From: Lama glama
Lineage: Eukaryota
DNA length: 64,000 nt
Direction of reading: 5' to 3'
NCBI GenBank assembly: GCA_028534125.1
Contig: CM052817.1
Span: 101,868,001-101,932,000 of the forward strand
Shown here: positions 12,456-26,106 of the stretch, piece by piece
Layout: each line of letters opens with the position of its first letter
Position numbering within the stretch: position 1 is the first letter of the stretch
Notes under the pieces: generated by a model
Databases searched by the model: none
What the model was told of the DNA's origin: nothing
The model's input: only the letters and a program-made list of their open reading frames with translations
Translations under genes and position numbers: made by a program

Positions 12456-15400
12456 ACACAATTTCAGAAAGAAGAAAACTCTTAATAATAAATAATTTGT
12501 GCCCATTCACCCAGATATTAAATGGAGAAGCCAAGTCCTTAACTCTGGTCACTTGACCCTAATTCCAGTGAATTTACACAATGCTAGTTCTTTACATAAT
12601 CTCATCAGGTACATAGTTTGTTAATTAAAATAGACCCCAATTTAATCCTTAGGGCACTGAGACTGTTGCATTTGTGCACATTGCGCATGTAAGGAGGGAC
12701 TGATTCTTCCTGTTATAAATATTGTGTGGAATCCTTGTTCATGATTATATCAGTACACGGATCACTTTGCAGGCTTGATCACTTTCCTTGACTCCTCACG
12801 TAACCAGATCAGTGACGAGGCAGTGGTGGAGGGTAATATTTTTGAGCAAATTACTCAACTTTTATTACTTTCATTCTCTTCATCTGTAACATAGAGATAA
12901 CAATATCATGTAGACTTCTTAAAAGTATAAATATGATAATATGTATAAAATTCCAGGAAATAGTAAATAACAAGTGTCATTTTTTCTTTCTATATCCCTT
13001 AAAAAGCAGTAAGTTCAAGTTCATGAAGCAAGGTGTCTTGGATTTAGAGATTGACATGCAAATCAACATTAATGCAAAGAAACTTCATCAGATCTTTAAA
13101 AATATATAAACACAAATACTTACATGATGGGAAAGAGCTGCCCAAGTCAGCAATAAGAAGCAATGTGAAAAAACCCAGAGATACAGCCCCTGGTGGGATT
13201 TGTGAAGTATAGGCTGAGCTATATTTCTTGGAGTTGGTAAGCGTAGGGCGCGATGGTCCGTCTGGCGCTGTTTGTGTCTGCATGGCCCCGTGCTTCACAG
13301 GAAGACACAAAGGGAGGATAAAATCTAATTGCAACAGTGATCAACTTTCTACATGAAAGTCTAAAGCTGTTGTAGTTTGGACAAACCAGAGGACTCCCTG
13401 GGAAACGTCAGAGCTGGGCTGGAGAAGGGTGGCAGTGGAGCTTTGTGTGTGTTTGACTTGCAGGTCATTCCCCCCACATCCCAAAGTCATTACCGCTTGA
13501 CAATAAAAGCTCCTGGTTTTCTAGGGCAATGAAAACAGTGCCGGATTGCTAGCGCGCTGTGACCGAATATCCTCGTAACTGTATGAAGAATGTGCATCTG
13601 ACGTGTGGAATCCAGTGGAGAGATTCACACACTGCCAGAGTCCCCTGATTTGAACATTGTCAAAGTCCAAGTCTTGAGATTAATGCACATCCCCATTGCA
13701 AAGGGATTTCAACTTTAATCTTCCCTTTTTGGAAGAGTGAGGTCTCCTTGGTGGGTTTTGTTACAAAGTGGACAGTGAAAACAGAATTGTGAGAATTGCA
13801 TAGAAATTGGAATTTAGTGTCTCCCAGAATGACTTTCCATGGAGATTTCCGCGAGCAGATCGCCCTGCGTAATCTGTTCTGGGGTCTCCTGACTCTTTGG
13901 ATTGGAGGCGTCTGGGACGTAGTCAAGGGGATTTTCTCAGGGAAGGGTGATGTGGACTGGCTGCAAACTAGTGACTAGAAAACCAAGAGTAGGCAAAGTG
14001 CTAAAGACATAAATTGTGTTTTCTCTTCTTAAAACTTCCTCTTAGAGTTTTTAAAAACAATTTTTTAAAGTTTGGATTTTTGCTAACGGCCAATCCTGAG
14101 CATTCAGAATATGTGGGAAAAACAGCATTCTGTGAGCTAGGGTAGCTTTGTTTTTATTTTTTATTTTGGTTCCCTAACATTTTCTTCCAAGATGTCAAAT
14201 GGCAGCTGCATTTCCATTTTGCTTTTCAGTTTATTGGGCCCCGTCTTTTCCGGAGCCCTGTTCTAGGTTTTGGAAACAGAAGGTGCTCTGGTCTCATGGA
14301 GATCACACCCCGGCACTCAGACAGGGCAGTGTGGAATCCCTGTCCCATGTCTTTTTCAGTGGCCCACTGCCCTTTTTCACATCACTGATTGGTGGTCTCC
14401 TATGCTCATTCATTCATTTTTAAAAAACCTTTCCATCCATTTTACAGAAGGTACTAGAACTCAGTTAGGACTCCTGAGCAAATATCTTCTAAAATAACTG
14501 AAGAAAGAGGTCATAGTAGCTTTCCCAAAGTCTCTGTGTTCCATGGAATACACCTTTCCGTCAATCTGTGGTTCCCATCCAGGGATGCTGGAACCTGGAG
14601 ATGATGAAGGCTCACGGACAATAACAAGCTCCCAGTTTGTTGTTCTGAGGATCATGCTATTATGAAGAGCTTAAAATCTGGAAAATAGCTTTGCAGAAAA
14701 TAAAAATAACAATCAAAATGGATACAAGTTATTGAAAATGACTGAACCAGAATATATTCAAGTTATTAAACTTGCAGTGGGGAACTTGAGGGACCTCCTG
14801 CCCTTCCAAAGTTCCGATGTCCTTCTCTTCCAATGCGTCCCAAAGCCCAATAAAGAGAAAAACCCCACTGGCTAAGAAAAATATTGCCTAGCTGTGCTAT
14901 AATTGAAAGCAGATTTCTAAATCTTCCTTCTGAAAATTTCTGGAGTCTCAGAACTAAAGGAAAAACCACAGGCTGTGAGCATAGAATGATCCTGCCAGCA
15001 TGAAGCCTGCGAATCCTGTACCTTTTCAACAAACCTCTCTGTCAAGGCAAATACAATAGAAATCTAACCAACTTACTGTGGCTTCCATCTCCCTGACCCT
15101 GCCTGTGACCGGGGGCCTATGCATTCTGTGGGTCTAAGAATGCTTCACGGAGCAGATCTATGGACAGAAGCTGAATCAAGTGATTGACTGAGCAGGACAT
15201 AAGTTAATCCACACCCACTCCTCCTGCTTTTCTGGTACTTCTCATTCTTTGCTCACTTGGCAGGGAGTCATCTGTGAATTCTTCTCTTTCTTTGTTCCTA
15301 ATATTCACTGGTTTCCAAAAGTTTTTGATTCCGTTGCCAACATATCTTTTTCCCTGCTCTGTTTGCTCACTTTATTTCTGTTCCCTAATGTCCAGATCAC

Positions 15401-17279
15401 TTCCCAAGACTTCATTCTCCTGAGGTGGCTTTTGTCAAGGTGATCAGTGATCCCCATGCTGCTAAAACCCAAAGACACTGTTGGGTTCCAACCTTAGCCC
15501 TTCTCTCAGCCTGATTCAGTACAGCTGCTGCAGGGCACCCCCTCCCTGTGAAGGATGCTCACCCCTCAGCTGCTCTGGCGCCACCGTCTCCTGGCTCCTC
15601 CCCACGAGTCGTGCCTCTGGGGCTCCACTGCTGATGCTTTCACCTCTGCCCAGCCTCTCACGGACAGAACTCAGCAGCTCCATTTATTTAGAATCTTTGG
15701 AAACATCTTATACATACAAGCATTCAGCAGTTTGATCTTTCCTGGTTTACTGCCCTCTTATGCTAACTCCAGTTAGTGATAATCATTACTACACTTGAAT
15801 GGCCCAAATGATGAGGCTATAAAAATACATGTGGCTATGAGAGAAATATTCCTTTCAAAATTTCCATCTTCACATCCTCTTAGCTTGTTGTTAAGTTCTG
15901 GATGCAAAGAATATTTTGGGGGAGGCAGTTATTCTGCACAGTTTATAAGTGATCTCATCCATTCTCAGAGCATTATATTATCCTTCAGGTGATGCATTCA
16001 CTCAGCTGAACATTTTAAAACGTAGACACAAAAAGTAAATGGGACTGTGTACCTTCACTCCCACATCCCCAGTGCTTCCTCAGGCTCAGTTACTTTGAAA
16101 CATTTGGAATTTTCAACTCTGCAACTTCAATCGCTTTACCCACGATGCTCTAAATACTTGTATCTGTAGTAATCGATTTGCTAACTTTAGATATCACCTC
16201 TTAATGCCTCACTATGAAAGAAGAAGAATTAGCTTATTTATTATACTTCCCTCCAGATTTTTTGTTATTTTATTTATAGCCATTCTATTGCTTGCTTTTA
16301 TAAAATACTCACACCCCCTGTAGATCTGTCCCCAAGCTTAGATGGTAAGGCTTGCCTTTTCACTGCCACAGACAGGAAGTGATTGTGCCTATACCTTCCC
16401 CACTCTCCCTTCTCTGTCTGCTTCTCTGAGATGTTTTGCTTTCTGCTCACTTCACTTCCCCTTTGATTCTTTTCCTTTTTCCTGCCTTCTACTAGAGTGA
16501 TCCCATTTCCCCTATTCCTCAGGTCCCTTTATTGATGTGAAAAGTCATACCTACACTTTATATTCTTTTCAGTGGTAACCCTTTAACATCTTAACATGCA
16601 TACTTCCAGTTACCCAACATTCATCCATGTCTCTATCCCCTTCTGAAAGAAGGTAGGACCATAAAATGCTTTAACCCACCTCCTTTTTCCTGTCTTCCAG
16701 GAAAACTATTGTTATTGTTATTCGATGTTTCAGTTAAACCTAGTTTTATAAGTCTCCCAAATAGATTATTTAGATCTACCGTATGTGAAAGTTATGGAGC
16801 TGCCCTGTTCAGATGTCCCTTTGAACGAGAATTTATTGCCAAGAGTGGCGTTAGCTGACAACTTCTATTTGCTGCACCTTCAGGACCCACCGCAGTGTAT
16901 ATGCTGAAGCCCTGCTCCCCACGGGCTGCCCCTAGCCAAGGGCTCAGCTCAGGAGGAACCCTGGCTCCTGAAATGTGCCTGACAGGGGTCTGCTTTACCA
17001 GCTCACCCCAGACTTTCTCAGCGATGCACTGCCCTCTCAAGCTGTCCCTCCTCATCCTTCACTCCCCTTCTCCTTTCACAGGTGTCAGACCTATGCCATG
17101 CTGGAAGGCTTTCCCCGACACTCTCGCTTCCTCTTCTCTTTATTTTCACTGGAATTGCCCTGCAAAAAGCTCTTGCCCTTCCGATTCCATCATGGCGAAT
17201 CTAAAGTTACACCAGTGTTTTCTAATCACTCCTTCATTCATCTGTGCTTCTGGTGCACCTGCCGTTCGATTCAGCCTAG

Positions 17280-17760
17280 GTATTTTCTTAGAGGGTCACC
17301 TCATAATCCCTAGTTTGACCTACAAGACCCTGTATATCCGGGTATCTCCTTACCAGCCCATCCTCATCCCACACCTCCATCAATACATATGTTGGCCTCC
17401 TTTTAGCTTTTCAAATAATCTAAGCGTTCTCCTTCTTTGGGGCTTTTCTGTGCTGGCTCCTCTGCCTGGAAGTTTCTTCTCCCGTTCTTTGCAGCGCTAA
17501 CTTTTTCTCATCTTTACATCTCAGCTGAAATGTCACCCCTTCAAAGATGCCTTTCCCTGACTACATCTCCCCCTCCTAACTCTTTATTCTCTAATACGGC
17601 GGGTATGTTATTTCTAATATCCTTTTTTGTAATTATTTACTTGTCTACTTTCCATTACAGAGCAAGCAGCGATTACGTCTGTTTCATTCACCACTGTAGA
17701 CGCAGCGTAAGACCTGGAACAAAACTGATGCTTAATAAGTAGTTATTTAGTGAGTCAATA
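17280..17760 (+). mobile_element. L2 3' fragment
   Basis: CTACAAGACCCTG...CTCAGCTGAAATGTCACCCCTTCAAAGATGCCTTTCCCTGAC...GATGCTTAATAAGTAGTT. Confidence 0.7.
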
Positions 17761-19343
17761 TCCACTCCTTTCATTTTCACTGTCATCATTCTTACCCCTT
17801 ATTGGAATTATTGCTCTAGGGTCCTTAACAATCTTACTGTTCACCAACCTGGATTAATTTTCCTGAAGTGTAGCACTTTCAATGTTTATTTCTGCTAAAA
17901 AAGACATCAAGGACTCCCTACTGCTGATACTGAGACCAGCCCGCCTGGTGCCCTGGGACTGCCCAAGCACCCCTCTTTGCAGCCTCGTCTCCCTACATTA
18001 GCTCCACCTGGAGTCAAGCTGGACCATCACTGGTCACCAAGCACATTCTGGGCTAATCTAGATCCACCCCAGACAGTTTCTCCACTTCCTTCCTCCCTCT
18101 CAAAGGAGGGAGGAAGCTGAAACCTTTAAACCTTTAAAGCTGAAATCTACCAGGACCTTCCCAGTACAAACTCTTCCTCATCCTCCCAATTGAACGAGTG
18201 GCCCCTGCTCCCAAATCTCCTAGCACATGGTTTGAAGCTGAGCGCCTGCCGACACTTTCTTTGTGTTACAACGATTGTTTATTTATCTTACTTTCATTTA
18301 CCAGAGTCCAAGATCTTTCATGGCAGGGACTCTTATACATCTTTGTGTCCTCTAAGTGCTGAGCACAATACTTTCCTATTAATACGTTTTTGTTTTTTAA
18401 ACTTTTATTTTATTTATGAGTAATTGTTTAATATGAATATGGATACCACTTCATTTTTATGACTATAAAGTAATACATATGTATTATAGAGGAAAGATTT
18501 TAAAAATACAGAGAATAAGGAATAAAATCAACTGCAATGCATCACTTTCCAATCATTATTTCTTAGGATTTGGTTGTATATCTCTTTATCCTTTTTTTCT
18601 ATAATTTATATACATACTAGCAGAGATCATAATGAATATAGAACGTTGTGTTTTGGAGGGTTCAAGTTTCAGTAGGCATGTTGTGGAGGTTTAGTTTAAA
18701 TCTTCTCTTTTCTCCTAGGAATTATGCAAACAATAGGAGAACTAAACAAACAAAACACTCAAAATAGATTTAAGCATAGATAAGCCACAAAGGAAACTAG
18801 AAAGTCTCAGGTGTTCACAAGAAGTGAACACGGAGCCTAATGTCAGCTTTGCACATAACACCAGCGCATCCAAAGGGCTGGAAGGGCGGAAGTCCTCCGA
18901 GGGGGCAAGTAGACTTTCTCTCAGAACAAGAGGGGAGGGCTCCACCCTGAGAGAAGGAGATGGAACAGGGCAGGTGTCCAGGGGAGGCAGGGAGGAAGGT
19001 ACAGCACATGCCCTGACAGCCCCAAGGTAGCAATTCTTAGAAAGCTGTAGCAGAATACGACTTCCAGAATGGTGTGACAGACAAGGGCAGTGAAGTGATC
19101 TTGAGAGCCCAGGGCCAGTGGTACAAACCCTTCTGGAGGCTGAGCCCTAGACATTGTGCTGTAGCATGTTTGATTCTTCTAAACTGCACCATAGGCGATG
19201 TGTATGGTAATTGCCGAGATCATTTGGATAATTTGGAGCTCTGGATGTTACATGTATCTTCGGAGAGGGTTTCCTTTTGCTTTTGTCAAGCATTTTGGCT
19301 ACAGGTAACTCATATTAATTCCATTTAAGAGTAAGCTGATTTG

Positions 19344-19724
19344 GAAAGAGAAAGGAAAATACCATATATCACTCATATGTGGAATCTGAAAAAAAAAAAA
19401 GAAGACAAATGAACTTAAATGTAAAACAGAAACAGACTCACAGCACAGACACAGAATATAAACTTGTATTTGCCAGGAGGGAGGAGGGTGGGAAGGGACA
19501 GACTGAGAGTTTGAGACTTATAGACACTGACAGGTATATATAGATTAGATAAACAAGTTTATACTGTATAGCACAGGGAAACATATTCAAGATCTTGTAG
19601 TAGCTCACGGTGAAAAAGAATATGAAAATGAATATATGTATATTCACATATAACTGAAAGATTGTGCTGTACACCGGAAACTGACACAACATTGTAAACT
19701 GACTATAACTCAATTCAAAAAAAA
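19344..19724 (+). mobile_element. 5'-truncated camelid-type L1 with TSD
   Basis: L1 3'UTR ending ...CACAACATTGTAAACTGACTATAACTCAATTC plus poly(A). 17-bp TSD AAGA(G/T)TAAGCTGATTTG at 19327-19343 and 19725-19741. Confidence 0.92.
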
Positions 19725-19822
19725 AAGATTAAGCTGATTTGAAACTGGGTTTTAGTCTTTGAGATGTCTGGTCAGTGTATGACTCATCCTCATTTTTAGA
19801 CTCTTTCTCCTTGGTTGGCCTT

Positions 19823-20271
19823 TGTGTTAGTTTCCTAAGGTTGCCATTAAAAATGACCACAGAGTTGGCTGAAAACAACAGAAATGGATTCTCTCGCAGT
19901 TCTGGAGGGCAGAAGTTCAAAATCCAGGGGTCAGCAGAGCTGTGCTCCCTCTGAAGTCTCTGGGAAGAAGTCTTTGCCTCTTCCTATCTCCTGGCCGTCT
20001 CAGCAGTCCTCCGTGTTCTTTGACCTGTAGCTGCGTCCCTCCAGTCTCCGCCTCCGTTGTCACATGGTCTGTTTCCCTGTGTGTGTGTGTCTTCACATCT
20101 CTTCTGTTGTCTTATAAGGACAACAGCTGTATTGAATTCAGGGACCACCCTACTCCAGGATGACCTCATCTTAACTGATTATATCTGTGAAGACTCTATT
20201 TCCAAATAAGTTTACATTCTGAGGTTCCAGGTGGATGTGAATTTTTAGGGCCACTTATTCAATCAGGTACA
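19823..20271 (-). mobile_element. MLT1C-type solo LTR
   Basis: TGTGTTAGTTTCCTAAGGTTGCC...CAGTTCTGGAGG...TGACCTCATCTTAACT...GTACA. 5-bp TSD GCCTT/ACCTT. Confidence 0.85.
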
Positions 20272-20519
20272 ACCTTGAGCTCCAGTTTTGTCCCTCTAGC
20301 TCAGGGAGAGTTCTGAAATCTCTGCTCAGGTTCTCTCTTGTTTTTTCAGTCATTGCTTCAAAATGCCTTGAGGGCAGTGTTTCCTTTCTTAAGGTTTTTG
20401 TTTGTTTTTGGTAGTTGTTGGTGCATTTTAGTTTTGTATTTTGGGTGTGAAATGTTGATTTGATACTAGCTTGCCTATCATAGCCCGAGGTGGATGTCCA
20501 TTATAGTATTTTGATTTAA

Positions 20520-21130
20520 ATATTTTGCCCTAATTTCTGTTGCTCTTTTATCCTTTCTGAGAATTTAAATTCTGTTTGGTATTTTTTTCCACTAGCAATT
20601 TTCTTGAGAATTCCATTTGGTATGAGTTTTCTAGTGACAAATTCAATTTTTTTAAACTGAAAATATGATTATTTTGCCTTTGTTATTGAAGGATATTTTT
20701 GCCAGATATTGAATTCGGTACTGATGATTTTTTTTCTGTCATCACTTTGAAAACGTTGTTCTATTCTCTTCTGGCCTCCATAGTTTCTGATGAGAAGTCA
20801 GCCAACAACTGAACTGCCGTTCCCCTGTACAAAATGTGTCAGTTTTCTTTTTTCTTTTTCTGCTTTCCAGACGTAATCATTATACTTGGCTTCTGATTCT
20901 GACTCGGATGTGTGGCTATCCTTCTTGGTGTTTATAGAGCAAGCTGAGTCTCTACATTTATGTATCTCATCAAACTTGGCAAATGTTTGGTCATGACTTC
21001 TTCAAATAATTTCTCCCCACTTTTTCTTTCTCTTCTTTCTGGGACTCTAGTTACATGTGTGCTCTACAACTTGAGGGATGTTATCTAACAGATCCCAGAA
21101 ACTTTATTCTTTTTTTCCTCATTTTTTCCC
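20520..21130 (-). mobile_element. Old L1M fragment
   Basis: TGAAGGATATTTTTGCCAGATA...CTTCTGGCCTCCATAGTTTCTGATGAGAAGTCAGC, antisense L1 ORF1-type motifs. Confidence 0.7.
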
Positions 21131-23170
21131 CCTTCTTCTCTGTGTATGAATTGGGTTAGGAATCCAAGAAATACTCAAGAAATACTTCAACTGAAAATGG
21201 GAAACAGAATGTGTCCTAGAGGAATGAGCAAACATATATGTGCAGCAATAAGAAAAAAAAAGATATATGAGGAGGGATGGGTCTTCCCAATTGCCTATTG
21301 AATGTCCTGATTCCCCAGGGAAAATATTTATTGTAGTTGACCGAAACATGAAATAGCATGCAACCAATAGCACATTAAACAGTTCTGTAAAATATGCAAG
21401 CCAGCCATAGTTCAGTGTGCTCCATGAGAGTGTGAATGAAGATTTTGTTCATCACCACAAAAATTAAGGGGAAGATTCTGATTTCCATCTTATGGAGACA
21501 CCTAGTGGCACAGCATCTGTTTGTGGGTACTTTCCACCCTCCTCCCCTTTCTATTTAAATTGTGATATATTTTTTCACACGGGAAGATTTCAGATAGTGC
21601 TGTGTTCATTTGGAGAAAACTACAGTGAGGAATGAGAGATGGGGGGAAGTCTGGAGAGTATGCCTTGTTACAGAGCCCATGGAAAAACCAAAGGGAAGTA
21701 AATTAGGGGGTTCCCGTGTCTTGTCACCCAGAACAGAAAGGTAAGAACAATATTGAAAGATGATAACATTTCTGTAGAAGTCAAAATTTTGTTATCTCAA
21801 AATTTTATCTGTATGCAATTGTGTGATTAGAAAATTTTTTGTAAGTCGTGTTTCATTATGGCTCTGTTAATGTGTCTTTGGTTAAAGGCAGGGTATCAAT
21901 GCTTTAAAATATTTGAAGGCAATGTTTGAATGACTGTAATAATATTTACACACAAACATTCACCTACATATGATTAGCAAGATCACTTGAATACACAAGA
22001 GCATTTATCTCAAGGGGAAAATGGTACTATAAATGTTTGAACCTTTTCTTGGTAAAAATATTAATTTTTAATTTAGTAGAGTAATTTGGTCGTAGGATAT
22101 AACTAAACAAATCTGCTCTCTATCTCCAATCCATCAATGCTCCATTTAAATTTAAGAATTTCAAGATAAACTAATCAGGAACAGGTTTTTCTCAAATCAA
22201 GCCAACCATCAAACTCCTTTGAAAAACACATCTCCCTCTCTGCTTCGGGAATCATCATTAACCTTCCATTTGTTGCTTTACTTGTGGACAAGTGAAAGCC
22301 CATGAGGGGGCAGGGAAGCCTGTGGTAAGACCATCTCCCTGACCTGCAAGTGGGGTTGTGATCTCTGGAGATGGTGCTCAGCTCTGGACAGTGGCTCTGA
22401 GCCCGCACCTTGGAGCCTGACTGCGGAAGTGGGACGTGGGTGGAAGGGGAGCCAATAAGAGAGGAATTAAGGTCCCCTGAGATCTCATTAAGAGGATCTC
22501 TCACATTATCTCCTTAGCTACTTGTTGGCCTGAAGTAGGGAGAGGCATGGGCGCAGGCAGCACTAGGGTTGGGGTGTTGATGCAGACGTGGACCATGAAG
22601 CTCTCGCTGAGTCTCCGGTTGGTGGCTCTCGTCCAGTCCCCTGGCTGCAGTGCTCAGTTGTTGAGGTGTCCTGGCCATGTAGCCTCCTTGGCTCACTCAA
22701 GGGTCAACAGCCCCTTTCTTGGCACTCTAGTTCTCTTGCCTTTTCATCTCTTTCAGCTTCCTTTTAACATTTCCTTTCTCAACTCCCAGACCTCACGTCC
22801 TCTCTTTCTTGCTCAATCTCTGGAATCTCAGGAAAGAATCTAATGTGAGACATTTACTTTTGTTTTGTTTTGTTAAGATCTATTTTAAGACTTAGCTCTC
22901 ACAGTGGAATGAAAATCTTTGTTTGCTATTAACCAATCCAGATAGGAGGAATTTAGGGGAAAGAAGAATTTCCTCTCATCTATTTAGGAGATAGGCTGAC
23001 CTTAGACCAAGGATGTAGTATAACAAGTTTATATATGAGTTACAAATCCCTAAAATGTAATCTTCTGAAATGCTGGATGAGCTGAGTTGGTGATTAATTG
23101 GAGCCTTCCTGTGCAAGACAAAAAATCTCAACGTAGTCTTTCCTGATGACCGGTTTCTCTGTCTTATTCT

Positions 23171-23265
23171 CTTCTCTCTTTATTTTTTAATGGAGGCACT
23201 GGGGTTTGAACCCAGAACCTCGTGTGTGCTAAGCACTTGCTCTCTCTCTGAGCTATATCCTCCCG
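23171..23265 (-). mobile_element. Vic-1-type SINE
   Basis: TAATGGAGGCACTGGGGTTTGAACCCAGAACCTCG...CTGAGCTATATCCTCCC. TSD GTCTTATTCT at 23161-23170 and 23270-23279. Confidence 0.88.
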
Positions 23266-25008
23266 TCAAGTCTTATTCTTCTAGTAGGCTAGACACTCCT
23301 TGCTCAGAAGCTGCATCAACATTTTGCTTAGGAAATTCAATCTCTTAATGCCATTTCCAAGGACTGTTCGTTGACTGAGGCTGACTCACCATCCTAAATT
23401 GGATAATGGGCTGTCACGTCTTATTACATCAGCCTTGGAAGTGTTCTTTCAGGTATTTGTACCAGTTCATTAATCCTGCTCCAATTGTCTACTGGAACTG
23501 CAAACTCAGCTTACTCTCAATTATGGACATTCATTCATTCATTCAGTCAAGCATTCAATATTTATTGGTGCCAACTTGTCACCGTGCTAAACTCTGGAGG
23601 TCCTAAGATGAGTAAAACCACAGAATTTTATGATTCTTAGATATCATCTAGACCAAAGCAAGAAAATCAGGATAAAATACCCCATAATGCGTGAACAATG
23701 GCCTCCGTGCTCAAGGGATGTAAGGAGCCAAGAATAACTGTGTGCCAATGTCATAGACTCAGAGACGTTTATAGCCTCCAAATGCTACGGAGAGTCTGTT
23801 GTCGTTTCATGCGTTGCAGTGTTTGTGTTACAGTTAACAAGGTCAGCCTTGCTGGGAAATAAACAAGCAAAACAGGTGATCTCAGGAGCCAAGGGAAAGT
23901 GCACTTTTCCTGCCTCCCCCAGCCGCCCTCATCCTTGCTTACTGATGTCTAGGATTCTGTTAATGGGAACCGAGGTCATTCCATATTTTAGGGATGTTTA
24001 AAAATCTCCATTACTCCAGAGAGATAACATAGATTTAAATCTAAAAGGGGTGTTAATAACTGAAAACTTCCCCCTTCAGGAAAAGAGAGAGAAGAGAAGG
24101 GCTGGAGGGCACTGGTAATTTGACTTCGAAAGGAAAAAATTTTCGAAGCAGCCACAGTTTTGTTCAAGCGCCACCAGCCTGTTAAACAGAATTACAGTAA
24201 AACTTGTCTTAATGTTGCTAAATGCAGATTTTTACGTACTTAAAGTCCCCAGAGAGTGGTTCGTTAGCATCGTGAGCTAATGTTGATGCTGAGCATCAAG
24301 GAAAAGCTTCAGAAAATATAAACATTCTGCTTAACATATATATGGTTTTGAATATTGGCAGTGCCCTGCAGTGGAAGTTTGTACTGGGTTTTAAATGCTT
24401 TTCTATAGTACCCGTTTAGGGACAAGTGGAAGACAGTCTTATTTTCCCTTGATGTTTGTGAAACACAGGCTTTCTTCCCTAGAATGCTCCTATTCCCAGA
24501 AGATGTGCACGTTTCCACACACACGCACACACACAGAGTGAAGAAGCAACAATTTGGAATTTCTGAACATCTTCATTTAGGCTATATTCTTTCAAAATAG
24601 TGAAATGTATTACACATCCTTTTTAATGAAGACAAAGCAAACACTCTAAAGGATGTAACATCTGTGGGAAATATAATCTAAATTGAAAACTTGTGCAGAC
24701 ATAAGAAGCAAGAGAGAAAATATGGGGACAAGAAAGATGGCAAGATGTTAACGCTAAAAGTAGTTTTTTTTTAAACATCATTCGTAATAGAAAGTGTATA
24801 GATGAAATAAATTTTTTGGAGCAAAAAAAAAAAATCAATAAAACTCCAGCCCTAATCTTACCTGAAGATTGACAGCAGTACTTATTTGCTTTAGGCATAA
24901 TTAACCTTATAATATATTACCACTGAGTTTCCAGATCTTAAAAGATGGAAAGGCCATTTGCACCAACAGTCTGAGGATTTATACCTTCCTTCAGAAACAG
25001 TAATTCTT

Positions 25009-25302
25009 TTTTTGTTTTGTTTTGATTTTTATTGCAGTATAGTCAGTTTACAATGTTGCGTCAATTTCTGGTGTACAGCATACTGTTTCAGTCAAACACG
25101 AACATGCACATATTCATTTTTGTATTTTTTTCATTATAAGTTATTACAAGATGTTGAATGTAGTTCCCGGGGCTATACAGTAGGACCTTGCTTTTCATCT
25201 ATTTTGTATATAGTAGTGTGTATCTGCAAATCCCACCCCCAGTTTATCCCTTCCCTCCCCCTTTGCCCTCTGGTAAACCATAAGTTTGTTCTCTATGTGA
25301 GC
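25009..25302 (-). mobile_element. 5'-truncated camelid-type L1 with perfect TSD
   Basis: Antisense L1 3' end. Perfect 17-bp TSD CAGAAACAGTAATTCTT at 24992-25008 and 25303-25319. Confidence 0.92.
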
Positions 25303-25699
25303 CAGAAACAGTAATTCTTACCTAAAGAACTAAAGTCATTAATCCCTCACAAGGGAATAAGAACCACTTATTTCTTTACCACATTACATACCAGGAGGAG
25401 GTTTTGTGTGATTTACCTGATAAAATGCAGTCTTCTAAGTAACCAATTTCACCCAACCCCTTTGGTAAGAGAACCTCTGTTTGGTACAGGGAAGAGAAAA
25501 CCAATCTGTGGACAGGTTTGCTTACCTAGCAAAACAGAGGTGTTGTGAAGATCAAGCGAGATACAAGCTGAATTTTTCAAAAAATGATAAAGCACAGAAA
25601 GTACGAGGTGAATGATGCTGCCTGATAAGCTGTGCCCAGCTGCAGGGCAGTGTAGCATTGCACATTCCATGAGCCTTGGGGGCCAGTGCAGGGGGTACG

Positions 25700-26106
25700 T
25701 GTCCTTAGTTCTGGCTGCTGTGACACGATACCATAGGCAGGGTGCCTTAAACAACAGACACGTACTTCATTCAGTTCTGGAGGCTGGAAGTCCAAGATGG
25801 TGGTGCCAATGTGTTTGGGGTCTGGTGAGAGCCCTCTTCCTTATTGTGTCCTCACAAGGCCTTCCTTGGGATCATTCTGTCTCCATCTCTCCCCTGCTCT
25901 GCCTCTCCAGCCCCTTCTCTCTGAGTAGAAAGAGATTAGTGCCTGTTCTCTTTATAAGGGCACTAGTCCCATCGTGAGAGCCCCACCCTCATGACCTCAT
26001 CTAACCCTAATTGCCTCCCAAAGGCCCCACCTCCAAACTCCATCACCTTGGGGGTTAGGGTTTCAACATATACATTTTCTAGGGACATAGCATTCAGTCT
26101 ACAGCA
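25700..26106 (-). mobile_element. MLT1A-type solo LTR
   Basis: CAGTTCTGGAGGCTGGAAGTCCAAGAT...CTCATGACCTCATCTAACCCTAATTGCCTCCCAAAGGCCCCACCTCCAAA. Confidence 0.85.

Noticed and set aside
16895..17500. 201-aa ORF
   Set aside because: Low-complexity S/P/L-rich translation running across LTR-like and L2 remnants, with no recognisable domain.
24128..24185. Short hairpin (CTTCGAAA...TTTCGAAG) and a CTCF-like GCGCCACCAGC
   Set aside because: An 8-bp stem and a partial motif match are within chance expectation for 64 kb.
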